Counted from the first letter of the stretch, positions 35,261 through 45,662 are shown. The stretch is DNA of 64,000 bases from an uncultured Anaerolineales bacterium (GCA_964582965.1 CAZOUN010000004.1:923-64922), one strand, 5' to 3'. The notes: a model not told the origin generated them from the letters alone. Program-made: numbers and translations.

Positions 35261-37474
35261 ATGAAGACTTCTAAATATGTAGAATCTCTTTCGGAAAAAT
35301 ATTCTCCTATTGAAAAAGAGCTTCTTCAGCGCGCCTTGGATGTTGCAGAAAAAGCACATAAAGGACAAAAGCGAGCATCTGGCGAACCTTATATCAATCA
35401 CTGTAAAGCAGTTGCTAGCATCCTTGCAGACCTTCATATTCCACCGGCTGTTGTCGCGGCGGGTTTGCTACATGATACTGTTGAAGATACGGGAATAGAC
35501 ATTAAAGTCCTTAAAAGGGAATTTGGTAAAGAGATCTTCGATCTCGTGGATGCCGTAACAAAATTAGGGTCTTTACCGCGGGTCTCAAAAAAATCTGAAG
35601 GGACAAGGGGTAAAGGTAAAAAATCGAAAAAAGAAAGCCAGGATAATATTGATCAAAAACAATGGCGAGCTGAACTAGCCTCTGAAAATTTGAGAAAAAC
35701 TTTCCTGGCGATGGCAGAAGATCCCCGGGTCGTATTGATCAAGCTAGCTGATCGGCTCCATAATATGCGGACTTTGGGGTACTTACCAGAAGAGAAACAA
35801 CAAAGAATAGCACAAGAAACGATGGATCTCTTTGCGCCTCTCGCCAGCAGGATTGGTATCTGGCAAATGAAATGGGATCTTGAGGACATGGCGTTTCGAT
35901 ATCTTGAACCTGCGATCTATCACGATATAGCCCGTCAACTTGATGAGAGGCGATCGGAACGTGAACGAAAAATGGAGGAGATTACTAGCAAGATCACTAA
36001 ATTGATGAACCAGGCTGAAATGCATGCTGATGTTTCCGGTAGGCCTAAACACATTTACTCGATCTATAGAAAAATGAAAAGGAAGAAGATTCCTTTTACT
36101 GATTTATCCGATATTCGTGGTGTGAGGATCATCGTACCTACGGAAGAGGAATGTTATGCTGCTGTAGGGATAATCCATATGCATTGGCGACCATTGTCTG
36201 GAGAATTTGACGATTATATAGCTGCGCCTAAGCCCAGTCTGTATCAATCCATTCATACGGCTGTAATTTATGAAGATGGGGAGAATTTAGAAGTTCAGAT
36301 AAGGACTCCAGAGATGCATCGCAAGGCAGAATATGGAATTGCGGCACACTGGAGATATAAAGAAGGACAAAAAAGAGATAAAGATTTTGAGCAAAGGGTT
36401 GCCTATCTAAGGCAAATGCTGGAATGGCAGCAAGATGTAGAATCTGCCCAAGAATTTGTTGATGGGTTGAAAGACGAGATATTTGGTGACCGAGTTTATG
36501 CATTTACTCCGAGAGGAGATATATTGGATCTTCCGGTTGGAGCCACGCCAATTGACTTTGCCTATAATGTACATACGGAGGTGGGACACCGCTGTCGGGG
36601 CGCAAAGGTTAACGGACGGTTGGTATCCCTGGATCATAAATTAGCGACGGGCGATCAAGTTGAAATCTTAACAGCAAAAAGAGGTGGACCAAGCCGGGAT
36701 TGGTTGAATGAAAACCTGGAATTAGTAAAAACAAAATCTGCCAGAAGTAAAATCAAACGCTGGTTCAAGCTGCTTGAAAAGGAAAAAAATGTAGAAAGTG
36801 GTGTCCAGCTACTTGATAAGGAAATTTCTCGTCTTGCATTAGGACCAGATATAGACTATGACGATTTGGCAAGATCGTTTAACTACGAAGAGGCAGAAGA
36901 TCTATATGCTGCAATAGGTTGTAGCGATATATCTCTCGGTAGAGTAGTTCATGCGCTGGTTGTACTGAAGGAAAAAGACTCACCTGATTTTCCTGGTCAC
37001 TATCAGGAAGAGATCAGCCGCGAGACTTCGGGAGATGTAGCAGTAGTCGGGCTAAAAGGTTTAAAGAATCAACTGGCAGGATGCTGCAGCCCTACACCAG
37101 GTGACGAGATAATTGGCTTTATTACCAGAGGGAGAGGGGCAACTATTCACAGGAAGGACTGTTCAAATATTCTCAACGTAAAAGATCAGGAGAGATTGGT
37201 CGAGGTATCATGGGGGTCTCCGATTAGGACTTTTCCTGTACCAATAATTATAAAAGCATACGATCGTGATGGTTTAACAAAAGATATTGCGACTGTTCTA
37301 TCAAATAACAACGTTAGCTTGACTGAATTGCGGGTTGAAGTCAACGAAGGCCAAGGTGAAGCAATCTTTCATTTGGTGCTGGGTGTAAAGAATGTCGCCG
37401 AATTGCGAAGGACACTGGATTTACTAGAGCGTATAAATAATATATACGAGGCTCGGAGGGTTCGATCCGCGTGA
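35261..37474 (+). CDS. rel: Long RelA/SpoT homologue, (p)ppGpp synthetase/hydrolase
   Basis: HD domain LLHDTVED and KLADRLHNMRT, synthetase GRPKH/YQSIHT/EVQIRT, TGS DFAY.VHT, CC motif, ACT domain. Confidence 0.96.
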   Translation: MKTSKYVESLSEKYSPIEKELLQRALDVAEKAHKGQKRASGEPYINHCKAVASILADLHIPPAVVAAGLLHDTVEDTGIDIKVLKREFGKEIFDLVDAVTKLGSLPRVSKKSEGTRGKGKKSKKESQDNIDQKQWRAELASENLRKTFLAMAEDPRVVLIKLADRLHNMRTLGYLPEEKQQRIAQETMDLFAPLASRIGIWQMKWDLEDMAFRYLEPAIYHDIARQLDERRSERERKMEEITSKITKLMNQAEMHADVSGRPKHIYSIYRKMKRKKIPFTDLSDIRGVRIIVPTEEECYAAVGIIHMHWRPLSGEFDDYIAAPKPSLYQSIHTAVIYEDGENLEVQIRTPEMHRKAEYGIAAHWRYKEGQKRDKDFEQRVAYLRQMLEWQQDVESAQEFVDGLKDEIFGDRVYAFTPRGDILDLPVGATPIDFAYNVHTEVGHRCRGAKVNGRLVSLDHKLATGDQVEILTAKRGGPSRDWLNENLELVKTKSARSKIKRWFKLLEKEKNVESGVQLLDKEISRLALGPDIDYDDLARSFNYEEAEDLYAAIGCSDISLGRVVHALVVLKEKDSPDFPGHYQEEISRETSGDVAVVGLKGLKNQLAGCCSPTPGDEIIGFITRGRGATIHRKDCSNILNVKDQERLVEVSWGSPIRTFPVPIIIKAYDRDGLTKDIATVLSNNNVSLTELRVEVNEGQGEAIFHLVLGVKNVAELRRTLDLLERINNIYEARRVRSA

Positions 37475-37546
37475 GAACGGCTTGGTCCTAAAGTAATCCC
37501 TAGAGTGACAAGGACATTAAATATTATCTCCGGATACCATACTGGA

Positions 37547-40036
37547 TTAATTGCAAAGAATTTTCAAAATAGCCTGTGTCTCCTGTTTGCCCCCCGACCC
37601 CATTTCTCCGCCTGGCCCGACACAAGCCGGGCAGCCCGTATCGCAGGGGCAGTTATCTACTAAATCTTTAGCTGACAATAATAACTCTTGAAGGCGGTCG
37701 TATAGTGATTTACTGAATCCGATTCCTGCGGGTATCTGCTCGTGGATCAAAACAATGGGGCGATTGTCACCAAAAGGGGATTGGAAATCAGCAAATAGGC
37801 CCAAATCTCCCGAATCACACATCAACAATAGTGGCGCAAGTCCGTGGAGGATATGTCCCAGTCCTCGGATTCCGCTGTTTACCCGGACGATGGCTTCGGC
37901 GCGCTGGTGACAGCGCGGGCATAAACTGATCAGGTTTGAGAGCTGATTTGCATCCTCCAGGGATGAAAAACTACGAAGAGGTTGCTTGTGGTGTATGTGT
38001 AAAACTTCAGAAGGATTGTTTTTTTTACACATCTGGCATCTATATTGATCGCGTTTGAGAACGATATTCCTGATCTGGTCCCATCCAGTTCCGTAATTGT
38101 TTGGACTACTGGACCATAGGCCCTGGTTCCTTATCTGGGATTCTGTATCTTCCGAAAGGGTTAACCAAATACCAGCTGACCGCAATGTCGTTGATGGTAA
38201 ATCCAGGGTATCTCTGCTTAAGACTTCAAAAGGACGCCACTTGATCTTCTTAAAACCTGTTACTTTGGTAGTGAGTTGGATCTCTCCCAAATATTTCATG
38301 CCACCCGGAATAGGATCTTCTTCATGACGTTCTAGTTCCAGATACTTGGATTGTTTTTCCGCTTCAGTGTAGTAATCGACAGAAGTTGGTTGGAGAAATG
38401 CGCGAAATTGTTCCAGGTCTAAATCCCTTACTATATACGGATTCCCAGCATGTAAGTACACTGCTCCAGGATGCACCATCCAATAGGCGCTTTCGATATC
38501 TACTTGACCAATTGAAATTGGTTTTGTGTCCTTCTGCTCAGCTATTAATGTAATTTGCTGAGCGGAGGCATTTCTCAAAGAGATCAGAGCTGCTGGATAA
38601 TCTTCGGCCATCCAGAAATATTTATTATTTGTTTTGTGGATTTTACCGAGAGTTGAAAGTGCATCGAGCAATTCTTCTGTTTCTGATATTGTGAAAGATC
38701 CAAATTTGTTTGATTTTGAAAAGGGTAGTTCGTAAGCTGCGCATTGAATATGAGCAAGGGCTATCAGAAGATTATTGGCATCAATTAATCCGCTTTCAGG
38801 GTTGTTGTTGAATAAATAATCAGGATGCAGAGCAAGGTATTGATCAATAGGGGAAGAAGATGTAACAAGGATAGAAAGAGATGGTTTATCAGATCTTCCT
38901 GACCTACCAGCTTGCTGCCATGTGCCAGCTATTGTTCCAGGATAACCAGCAAGAATTGCTGCATCCAATCCGCCGATATCAATACCCAGTTCAAGGGCAT
39001 TGGTTGCTGTAATACCACGAATTTTTCCGCTTCGTAGGCCAGCTTCAATACGTCTGCGTTCTTGGGATAAATAACCGCTTCTATAGGACTGGACAGGAAA
39101 CGGAGCCAGGATGTCTTTTTCTTTTAATCCCCGAAGCATAAACTCAATTGATCTTCTGGAACGGCCAAAAATGATAGTTTGATTTCCGCTTGCTATTAGG
39201 TCTGAAGACAAGCGGATGGTTTCGTTTTGCATACTTGCACGAAGGCCAAGTTTTGGATCAATTATTGGAGGGTTGTAGATCAAAAAACTTTTCTTCCCAC
39301 GCGATGATGCATCATCTTTGATGAGTATAAGATCCTCTTCAATAAGGGAGGTAGCCAGAGATAATGGATTTCCGATGGTCGCAGATGTAAGAATGAATTG
39401 AGGAGAGGATCCGTAATGGGCAGTGATCCTTTTTAGACGTCTGATCACATTGGCAACGTGGGATCCAAATACTCCCCGGTAAATATGCATTTCGTCAAGG
39501 ATTATAAAATCGAGATTGGAAAAAAATTCAGCCCATTGTATATGATAGGGAAGGATCCCAAGGTGAAGCATATCGGGATTACTAACCACGATCCGTGCAT
39601 TCTGTCGAATATTGGGACGCGCATTTGTAGGCGTATCACCATCATAAGAAGATGATAGGACATCTGGAAAACGTTTTAACCAGTTTAGCTGATCCTGGGC
39701 TAATGCTTTAGTCGGGAATAATAATAGAGAACGGCTAAGGCCGTTTTTGAGGAAACGAGACAGGATCGGCAATTGGTAGGCCAAAGATTTTCCTGATGCG
39801 GTACCCGTTGCTAAAACAACATGCTGTCCGGATTCAACAGCATCCCATATCGCTCTTTGATGTGAGTATAAAGACGAGATATTCATATCGCCAAGAATAT
39901 CTATAATCCTTTGATCGAGACCATCTGGAAAATCCTCGAATTCAGGTTTTCTTTTTGGGATCTCTTGCCAGGCGGCGATATTTGGCGCTATTGCAGGATC
40001 TGTGTTCCAGCGTGCGAGAACTTTATTTATTGACAT
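37547..40036 (-). CDS. Hrq1/MrfA(YprA)-type SF2 DEAH helicase with DUF1998 and an inserted HNH domain
   Basis: GTASGKS, DEMH, SAT, LELGIDIG and QQAGRSGR helicase motifs; terminal CPCDTGCPACVG; insert CQMC...HIHH...N...CPRCH. Confidence 0.9.
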   Translation of the reverse strand: MSINKVLARWNTDPAIAPNIAAWQEIPKRKPEFEDFPDGLDQRIIDILGDMNISSLYSHQRAIWDAVESGQHVVLATGTASGKSLAYQLPILSRFLKNGLSRSLLLFPTKALAQDQLNWLKRFPDVLSSSYDGDTPTNARPNIRQNARIVVSNPDMLHLGILPYHIQWAEFFSNLDFIILDEMHIYRGVFGSHVANVIRRLKRITAHYGSSPQFILTSATIGNPLSLATSLIEEDLILIKDDASSRGKKSFLIYNPPIIDPKLGLRASMQNETIRLSSDLIASGNQTIIFGRSRRSIEFMLRGLKEKDILAPFPVQSYRSGYLSQERRRIEAGLRSGKIRGITATNALELGIDIGGLDAAILAGYPGTIAGTWQQAGRSGRSDKPSLSILVTSSSPIDQYLALHPDYLFNNNPESGLIDANNLLIALAHIQCAAYELPFSKSNKFGSFTISETEELLDALSTLGKIHKTNNKYFWMAEDYPAALISLRNASAQQITLIAEQKDTKPISIGQVDIESAYWMVHPGAVYLHAGNPYIVRDLDLEQFRAFLQPTSVDYYTEAEKQSKYLELERHEEDPIPGGMKYLGEIQLTTKVTGFKKIKWRPFEVLSRDTLDLPSTTLRSAGIWLTLSEDTESQIRNQGLWSSSPNNYGTGWDQIRNIVLKRDQYRCQMCKKNNPSEVLHIHHKQPLRSFSSLEDANQLSNLISLCPRCHQRAEAIVRVNSGIRGLGHILHGLAPLLLMCDSGDLGLFADFQSPFGDNRPIVLIHEQIPAGIGFSKSLYDRLQELLLSAKDLVDNCPCDTGCPACVGPGGEMGSGGKQETQAILKILCN

Positions 40037-40418
40037 GAGGAATATCTGGTACTCAACATAAGTAAACTAATCAGAAAATTTCCAGCGCACTTCGGGCCGT
40101 TTGATCTCGGCGAACGTTGAAATCTTAGGTGGTTTTAATTGCAGTCTGGCCTACGAGTAAGTCAGTGGTCAATTTGGGTCTGTAAATAGATTAAACAAGA
40201 AGCCTCAAATTGGGTAAAAAAGTTCCGGTAATTAGAGTGTCAGATAAGAGGGCATCTATCCTAACCTTGTTGATCTGAATATCTTCCATGATCCTTGAAG
40301 CGAGGGGATCGATAAGGAGTTTATCAGCCCGGTAAAATAAAGGGTGAATACAAAGGGTAAGGCGCTAGCCAGAATTCGCTGTCTTTTTTGATGCTTTATT
40401 TACATTGAACCACCTGAT

Positions 40419-42242
40419 TTACGATCTTGAAGATACGAGAGACAGCGTACCAAATTCTTGAGCCATATCCTGTCGGAATTGTTGTGTATATAAACGATAG
40501 TACAAACCCTTTAGCCTGAGCAAGTCCTGATGTGATCCCATTTCTGCGATCTTGCCATCCTTAATAAATAGGATTCTGTCAGCTCTTCGAATTGTAGAAA
40601 GGCGATGAGCGATAATAAAACTTGTTCGCTTTTCCATTAGATTTTCCATACCCTGTTGAATCAGGGTTTCAGTGAGGGTATCTACTGAACTGGTGGCTTC
40701 ATCCATAATGAAAATATCCGGTTTACGCAGGACAGCCCTGGCAAGGCTGATAAGTTGTTTTTGGCCAACTGATAATAAGTTACCACCTTCGCCGACCTCT
40801 TCTATATAACCGTTTTCAAGATTTGAAATAAACTCATGCGCTCCTGCTAATTTAGAAGCGTTTATGACCTCATTTTCCGTTGAATCAAGTTTGCCGTACC
40901 TGATATTGTCTTCAATCGATCCAGAGAACAAGTGGGGTGTTTGCAGGACAATACCAATCTGAGATTGAATTGAGTCGAGTGTGAAACCAGTATAGTCGTG
41001 ATTATTAATGAAAATTTTTCCATCGCGTGGCTCGAAGAAACGACATAATAGATTTACGATGGTGGATTTACCGCCGCCTGTAGGTCCAACGAGGGCGATA
41101 GTTTCGCCTTGTTTTATCGAAAGGTCAAAATTTTCAAGAACCATATCATCGTCATCGTCGTAATAGAAGGACACGTCTTTAAATTGAATATCCCCGGAGA
41201 TTGAATCCTGCGTTACGGCTCCAGGAAGGTTAACGATGTCTGGTGTGGAATCCAGCAATGAGAAAATCCTTTCTGCTGAAGCTATTGAACGCTGCATCTC
41301 GGCATATACTCTGGCGAGGTCTTGTATCGGCCAGATCATAAAAGTGATATACGAGATAAATGCCTGGATACCACCGATAGAGATGCCGCCGATCTCGGCT
41401 TGCAACCCGCCGTACCAGATCACGGAGCCAAGTGCTAGCGCGCTGATGACCATCACTATCGGAAGGAATAAAGCAGATAGCCATGCCGCTCTGAATCCAG
41501 CCTTGTACATTTTGTCTGTCAGGATGCCAAATTCTGCCATGTTTTGAGCTTCGCGGTTGAAGGCTTTCGTTACTCTAACTCCAGTGATATTTTCGTTGTA
41601 AGATCCAGTGATCTTTGAATTGATTTTCCTTACCTGACGATATTCTCCAATAATCTTCTTTTTAAATTGGGCAGCAACAATAATCAAGATCGGAATAATG
41701 GCAAACACAATCAAACCCAAGCGCCAATTGATTGTGATCATAAAATAGGTCGATGTGATGATATTTAATGCACCCCAGACCATGTCGAGGAAACCCCAGG
41801 TGATCAATTGGGCAACTCTTTCTGAGTCAGAAGAAACCCGGGACATGATCCAGCCCACAGGAGTTTTGTTATAGTAGGAAAGTGATAACTTCTGGAGTTG
41901 ACTGAACATTATTTTTCTAAGGTCGTATTGAACTCGTTCACCAAGTATCCCAGCAAAATAGATGAAAAAGAAAACTGCGATTGCCTGGATGACGATTAGT
42001 CCTCCATATTGGAACAATATTTCTTTGAGGACAGTGAAATTCCCAACCCCGATCCCTTCGTCAACTATGCGTTTATGCAAAAAAGTAAAATAGGAATCAA
42101 GGACTGAGACCAATCCGATTGCCAGAACAAATCCAATCACCCAAGTTCTATAGGGTTTGACCTGGGCCAGAATTCTCAACATAACCTGACCTGTAAACGT
42201 CCCTTTAAATTCTTCTTCTTTAAAATGGTGGGCTTCAGTCAT
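40419..42242 (-). CDS. ABC exporter subunit (TMD-NBD), heterodimer partner B
   Basis: GPTGGGKST, non-canonical LSVGQ signature, DEATS, IAHR. Confidence 0.93.
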   Translation of the reverse strand: MTEAHHFKEEEFKGTFTGQVMLRILAQVKPYRTWVIGFVLAIGLVSVLDSYFTFLHKRIVDEGIGVGNFTVLKEILFQYGGLIVIQAIAVFFFIYFAGILGERVQYDLRKIMFSQLQKLSLSYYNKTPVGWIMSRVSSDSERVAQLITWGFLDMVWGALNIITSTYFMITINWRLGLIVFAIIPILIIVAAQFKKKIIGEYRQVRKINSKITGSYNENITGVRVTKAFNREAQNMAEFGILTDKMYKAGFRAAWLSALFLPIVMVISALALGSVIWYGGLQAEIGGISIGGIQAFISYITFMIWPIQDLARVYAEMQRSIASAERIFSLLDSTPDIVNLPGAVTQDSISGDIQFKDVSFYYDDDDDMVLENFDLSIKQGETIALVGPTGGGKSTIVNLLCRFFEPRDGKIFINNHDYTGFTLDSIQSQIGIVLQTPHLFSGSIEDNIRYGKLDSTENEVINASKLAGAHEFISNLENGYIEEVGEGGNLLSVGQKQLISLARAVLRKPDIFIMDEATSSVDTLTETLIQQGMENLMEKRTSFIIAHRLSTIRRADRILFIKDGKIAEMGSHQDLLRLKGLYYRLYTQQFRQDMAQEFGTLSLVSSRS

Positions 42243-42254
42243 AATATGTTCTCT

Positions 42255-44069
42255 TTATGCTAATCCGAGTTCTTTCTCAAGGGCGGAGTCAATTTTTGTT
42301 TGAATATCAAAAATTTCTTTGTATTTTCCTTGCTGATGAATCAGGTCATTATGAACACCTTGTTGAATGATCTTTCCATCATCCAGTACCAAAATGAGAT
42401 CTGCTTGCATCAAACTTCGGATCCGGTGAGCGATGATAAATGTGGTTCTACCTTGCATCAGATGATCCAGGGCTCCGTGAATTTGAGCTTCTGTTTCAAC
42501 GTCAACGGATGATGTTGCGTCATCCAGAATCAAAATCTTTGGGTTTTTTAGCAAAGTCCGCGCAATTGCTATTCGTTGTTTTTGTCCGCCGGAGAGTGTG
42601 ACGCCCTTTTCACCTACGAGCGTATCGTACCCCTGAGAAAATCCTAGAATTACATCATGGATTGCGGCTGCTTTGCTGGCTTTGAATAGCTCCTTGTCGC
42701 TCACTTCCCTGTCAACTCCATATGTGATATTTTCTTTGATCGACCGGCTGAATAAAAATGGTTCTTGTTCAACCATACCGATATGATTCCGAAGGAAATT
42801 ACGGGGATAATTCTTTAAGTCTATCCCATCAAGGGATAACTGGCCTTCTGTATAATCGTAAAACCTAGGCAGTAAATTGATCAATGTTGATTTTCCCGAG
42901 CCTGGTCCACCCAGGAGGGCGATCATCTGTCCGGGTTCGCAAACAAAGTTGATATCATTTAAAACTACCGGGTGGTCATCATACGCAAAAGAAACATGAT
43001 CGAAAGTGAATGCACCGGTAATTGTTTCAGAAAGAGGTTGATGCTCTCCCTCGGATAATGGTTCTCTTTCTTCTTTGATAACCTCGACGATCCTACCGTA
43101 CGAAACCAACCCAGACGACATTTGGACAATAAGGCGGCCTAAATTTCGGATGGGCCAAATGATCCATATAATCATTCCGGCATAAGCGAGGTATGTACCG
43201 ATGGATATTTCTCCGTTAATGGCCATTGTTGCACCGATGTAATAGCCAAATAACATTTGGGCACCAGTTAGAATATCTGAGAACGGCCAGAAAAGGGCAT
43301 GCATGGTAAAGAATTTCTTACCCTTGTTATATTTCTCTTTATTTTCTTTATCAAATTTCTTTTTTTCGAATTCCTGCCGAGCAAACGCTTTAACAACCCG
43401 AACGCCTGTCAAATTCTCCTGCAGCGTATTTGATAAAACAGCTTCCTGATCCTGGTACTCCTCATAGGCGTCAGAAACCTTGCGGAAGAAGAATAAAGAC
43501 AGAATAATCGTCAGGGGAACAACAATAATCGATAGCAAAGCAAGTCGGACATTTAATGTTAGAAGTACTATCAGGTTGACAATGAACAGCAAAAGAATTC
43601 GGCCCATTCCAATCAACCTGTCAGCGAAAAAGAGACGGACTGCATCAACGTCTGATGTGGTCCTTTGAATCAATTCACCTGTTTTTGCCTTATCGTGATA
43701 TGAAAAGGATAGACGCTGGATGTGATCGAAGAGAAAATTTCGTAAACGGCGAGTTATACCTTCAGAGGTTTTTGCTGCCAATCTTCCACTGAAATAAGTA
43801 AAAACTCCCTGCAGTGCGGCAAGTACGAAAAACGAAATTGCGATGAGGGGAATGTAGTAGCCTGGCAGTTCTTGGGCAATAAGAGCGTCAATGAACTTGC
43901 CGAGGATCAAATAGGTGCTTGATCTAAATGCGGCTGCAAAACCCAGACAAAGAGCAGCGACAAGATAGATAGACTTGTAGCCGCGCATTAAATGCCACAA
44001 GCTTTTCAGTTTATTTTCTGAAATTGTTGATCTGATATCAAAAGGTTCGGGATATTGAGCCATAATCAA
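42255..44069 (-). CDS. ABC exporter subunit (TMD-NBD), heterodimer partner A
   Basis: GGPGSGKST, LSGGQ, degenerate Walker B LDDATS, IAHR. Confidence 0.93.
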   Translation of the reverse strand: MIMAQYPEPFDIRSTISENKLKSLWHLMRGYKSIYLVAALCLGFAAAFRSSTYLILGKFIDALIAQELPGYYIPLIAISFFVLAALQGVFTYFSGRLAAKTSEGITRRLRNFLFDHIQRLSFSYHDKAKTGELIQRTTSDVDAVRLFFADRLIGMGRILLLFIVNLIVLLTLNVRLALLSIIVVPLTIILSLFFFRKVSDAYEEYQDQEAVLSNTLQENLTGVRVVKAFARQEFEKKKFDKENKEKYNKGKKFFTMHALFWPFSDILTGAQMLFGYYIGATMAINGEISIGTYLAYAGMIIWIIWPIRNLGRLIVQMSSGLVSYGRIVEVIKEEREPLSEGEHQPLSETITGAFTFDHVSFAYDDHPVVLNDINFVCEPGQMIALLGGPGSGKSTLINLLPRFYDYTEGQLSLDGIDLKNYPRNFLRNHIGMVEQEPFLFSRSIKENITYGVDREVSDKELFKASKAAAIHDVILGFSQGYDTLVGEKGVTLSGGQKQRIAIARTLLKNPKILILDDATSSVDVETEAQIHGALDHLMQGRTTFIIAHRIRSLMQADLILVLDDGKIIQQGVHNDLIHQQGKYKEIFDIQTKIDSALEKELGLA

Positions 44070-44734
44070 TCTTTGTTTATAGGAATGATCGCGGTTTGAT
44101 TTTCGGAAATTAATTGGACCGGGATCTGTCCTTTAGTAAAATCTTTAAGTTGGCCAGTCAGTTTATCAAAAGAATCAACGGGAATTGAAAATTGGATGGA
44201 GACTTGTTCGACAAACTCTTCCCCGGTGATATTGCTGCCTGCTTTTTTTATATATCTGGCAATCTGTTCATAAAGGTTATAGGGTACAGTTATCTGGCAC
44301 TTATGAACGATTACTTTCTTTGCCTTAGGTACTGCCTGAATGACTGATCTGGCTGAATCACTATAGGCTTTGACCAAACCGCCAGTGCCTAATTTTTTTC
44401 CTCCAAAATAGCGGGTAATAACAATGACTGCATCACCAAGTTCACTGCCTGCCAATACTGCCAGGGCGGGGCGGCCAGCAGTTCCCGAAGGTTCTCCGTT
44501 GTCGCTTGAGTGAGCGATGACTGATGTTCCGGCGCCAATTTGGTAAATTGGGACATTGTGAGAAGCGTCAGGATATTGTTTATTAATTTCTTTAATGAAC
44601 GCCTTCGCTTCCTTAACAGAAAAGGCAGGGGCGATGGTTGCTATAAAACGGGAGTTTGATATCCGGGTCTCTGTGCTGAATCGTGATGCCGGAATTAATG
44701 TACCCTTGTCGGTTTTGTTGATAATTGAATTCAC
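44066..44734 (-). CDS. yigZ: YigZ/IMPACT family protein
   Basis: SRFIA, ASHN, SDNGEPSGTAGRP and TRYFGGKKLG.GGLV.AY motifs. Confidence 0.93.
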   Translation of the reverse strand: MNSIINKTDKGTLIPASRFSTETRISNSRFIATIAPAFSVKEAKAFIKEINKQYPDASHNVPIYQIGAGTSVIAHSSDNGEPSGTAGRPALAVLAGSELGDAVIVITRYFGGKKLGTGGLVKAYSDSARSVIQAVPKAKKVIVHKCQITVPYNLYEQIARYIKKAGSNITGEEFVEQVSIQFSIPVDSFDKLTGQLKDFTKGQIPVQLISENQTAIIPINKD

Positions 44735-44862
44735 AAAAACCTATTGTACATCAGGCTTAGAGTGCTGTGTAGGTGGTAAAAAAGGGATGGCGCGAATTTA
44801 GGGGCTAATTGCAGGAGGTATTAACGAATCGTCGACTATTGGCAGAAATTAAATAAATTTGA

Positions 44863-45162
44863 TCAGCGGGGTTTCTTGATGTGTAAAATTACTTTTCCTA
44901 ATATATCGGAGTAGGGGATTGGACCCAATTTATGGCTGCTGATGCTATTCTCGTGGATTCCGATTACATTCAATGTTTTGGATGCGGGGTTATTCGTAAG
45001 AACGCGTTTTATCAATTGTCCATATTTGGGATGCTCGAATACTACTGTAGCACCCGGTTTAACGGCTTGCGTTATTGAACGGTTAGTTCTAACTATGACA
45101 TAGTCGCCTGGTAAAAAAAATGGTGACAGACTGTTGCCTGTCACCTTGATGATTTTAAGCAT
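44863..45162 (-). CDS. sodX: NiSOD maturation protease (S26-like)
   Basis: V.GNSLSP...GD and LIKRV Ser/Lys dyad; TAATG overlap with sodN. Confidence 0.85.
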   Translation of the reverse strand: MLKIIKVTGNSLSPFFLPGDYVIVRTNRSITQAVKPGATVVFEHPKYGQLIKRVLTNNPASKTLNVIGIHENSISSHKLGPIPYSDILGKVILHIKKPR

Positions 45163-45662
45163 TAGAGAACCGGGTAGACCATCTCCAGTCCCGGAGCATA
45201 AGGAGCTTTTGCTTTCTTGATTTTGATATCTTTGAGTGACCAGAATATTTCAGCAAACTGATTGATCGCCTCTACAAAAGCGAGCCCATTTTCTCTGGTG
45301 GCTGTTTGGCGGCAATTTGATCCTAATTGCATGATCTTGTGAACGAGACCAGGAAGTTCTGGATATTTTTCAACGTGGGCGTCTTTGATAAAATCTCCCC
45401 AGATGACACGTATTTCGTGTTTGGCTTTTTCGGCGTGGTCTTCTTTTACAGCAATATAGCGGGACATTGAGTTTTGGAATTCCACTTTGGATTTATCATC
45501 AACATCGGCCAAATTGGCCATCAGATCCATCATGCGTACAACAGTTAGGGCATTGATCTGTGCTGTGATCGGATCATAAATTCCACAAGGAACATCACAA
45601 TGAGCCTGTGCTTTAGGGAAAGGGCGAAAATGGTCAATAGTCTGGATAAGTTTATAAAACAT
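45162..45662 (-). CDS. sodN: Nickel superoxide dismutase precursor
   Basis: 20-aa leader ending AQA, then Ni-hook HCDVPCGIYDP (His codon at 45600-45602). Confidence 0.95.
   Translation of the reverse strand: MFYKLIQTIDHFRPFPKAQAHCDVPCGIYDPITAQINALTVVRMMDLMANLADVDDKSKVEFQNSMSRYIAVKEDHAEKAKHEIRVIWGDFIKDAHVEKYPELPGLVHKIMQLGSNCRQTATRENGLAFVEAINQFAEIFWSLKDIKIKKAKAPYAPGLEMVYPVL

Noticed and set aside
40419-44069. Degenerate ABC motifs (LDD Walker B, LSVGQ signature)
   Set aside because: This is the normal asymmetric-site pattern of heterodimeric exporters such as TmrAB and TM287/288.
44813-44819. Strong AGGAGGT on the + strand between yigZ and sodX
   Set aside because: No suitably spaced start codon or ORF follows it.
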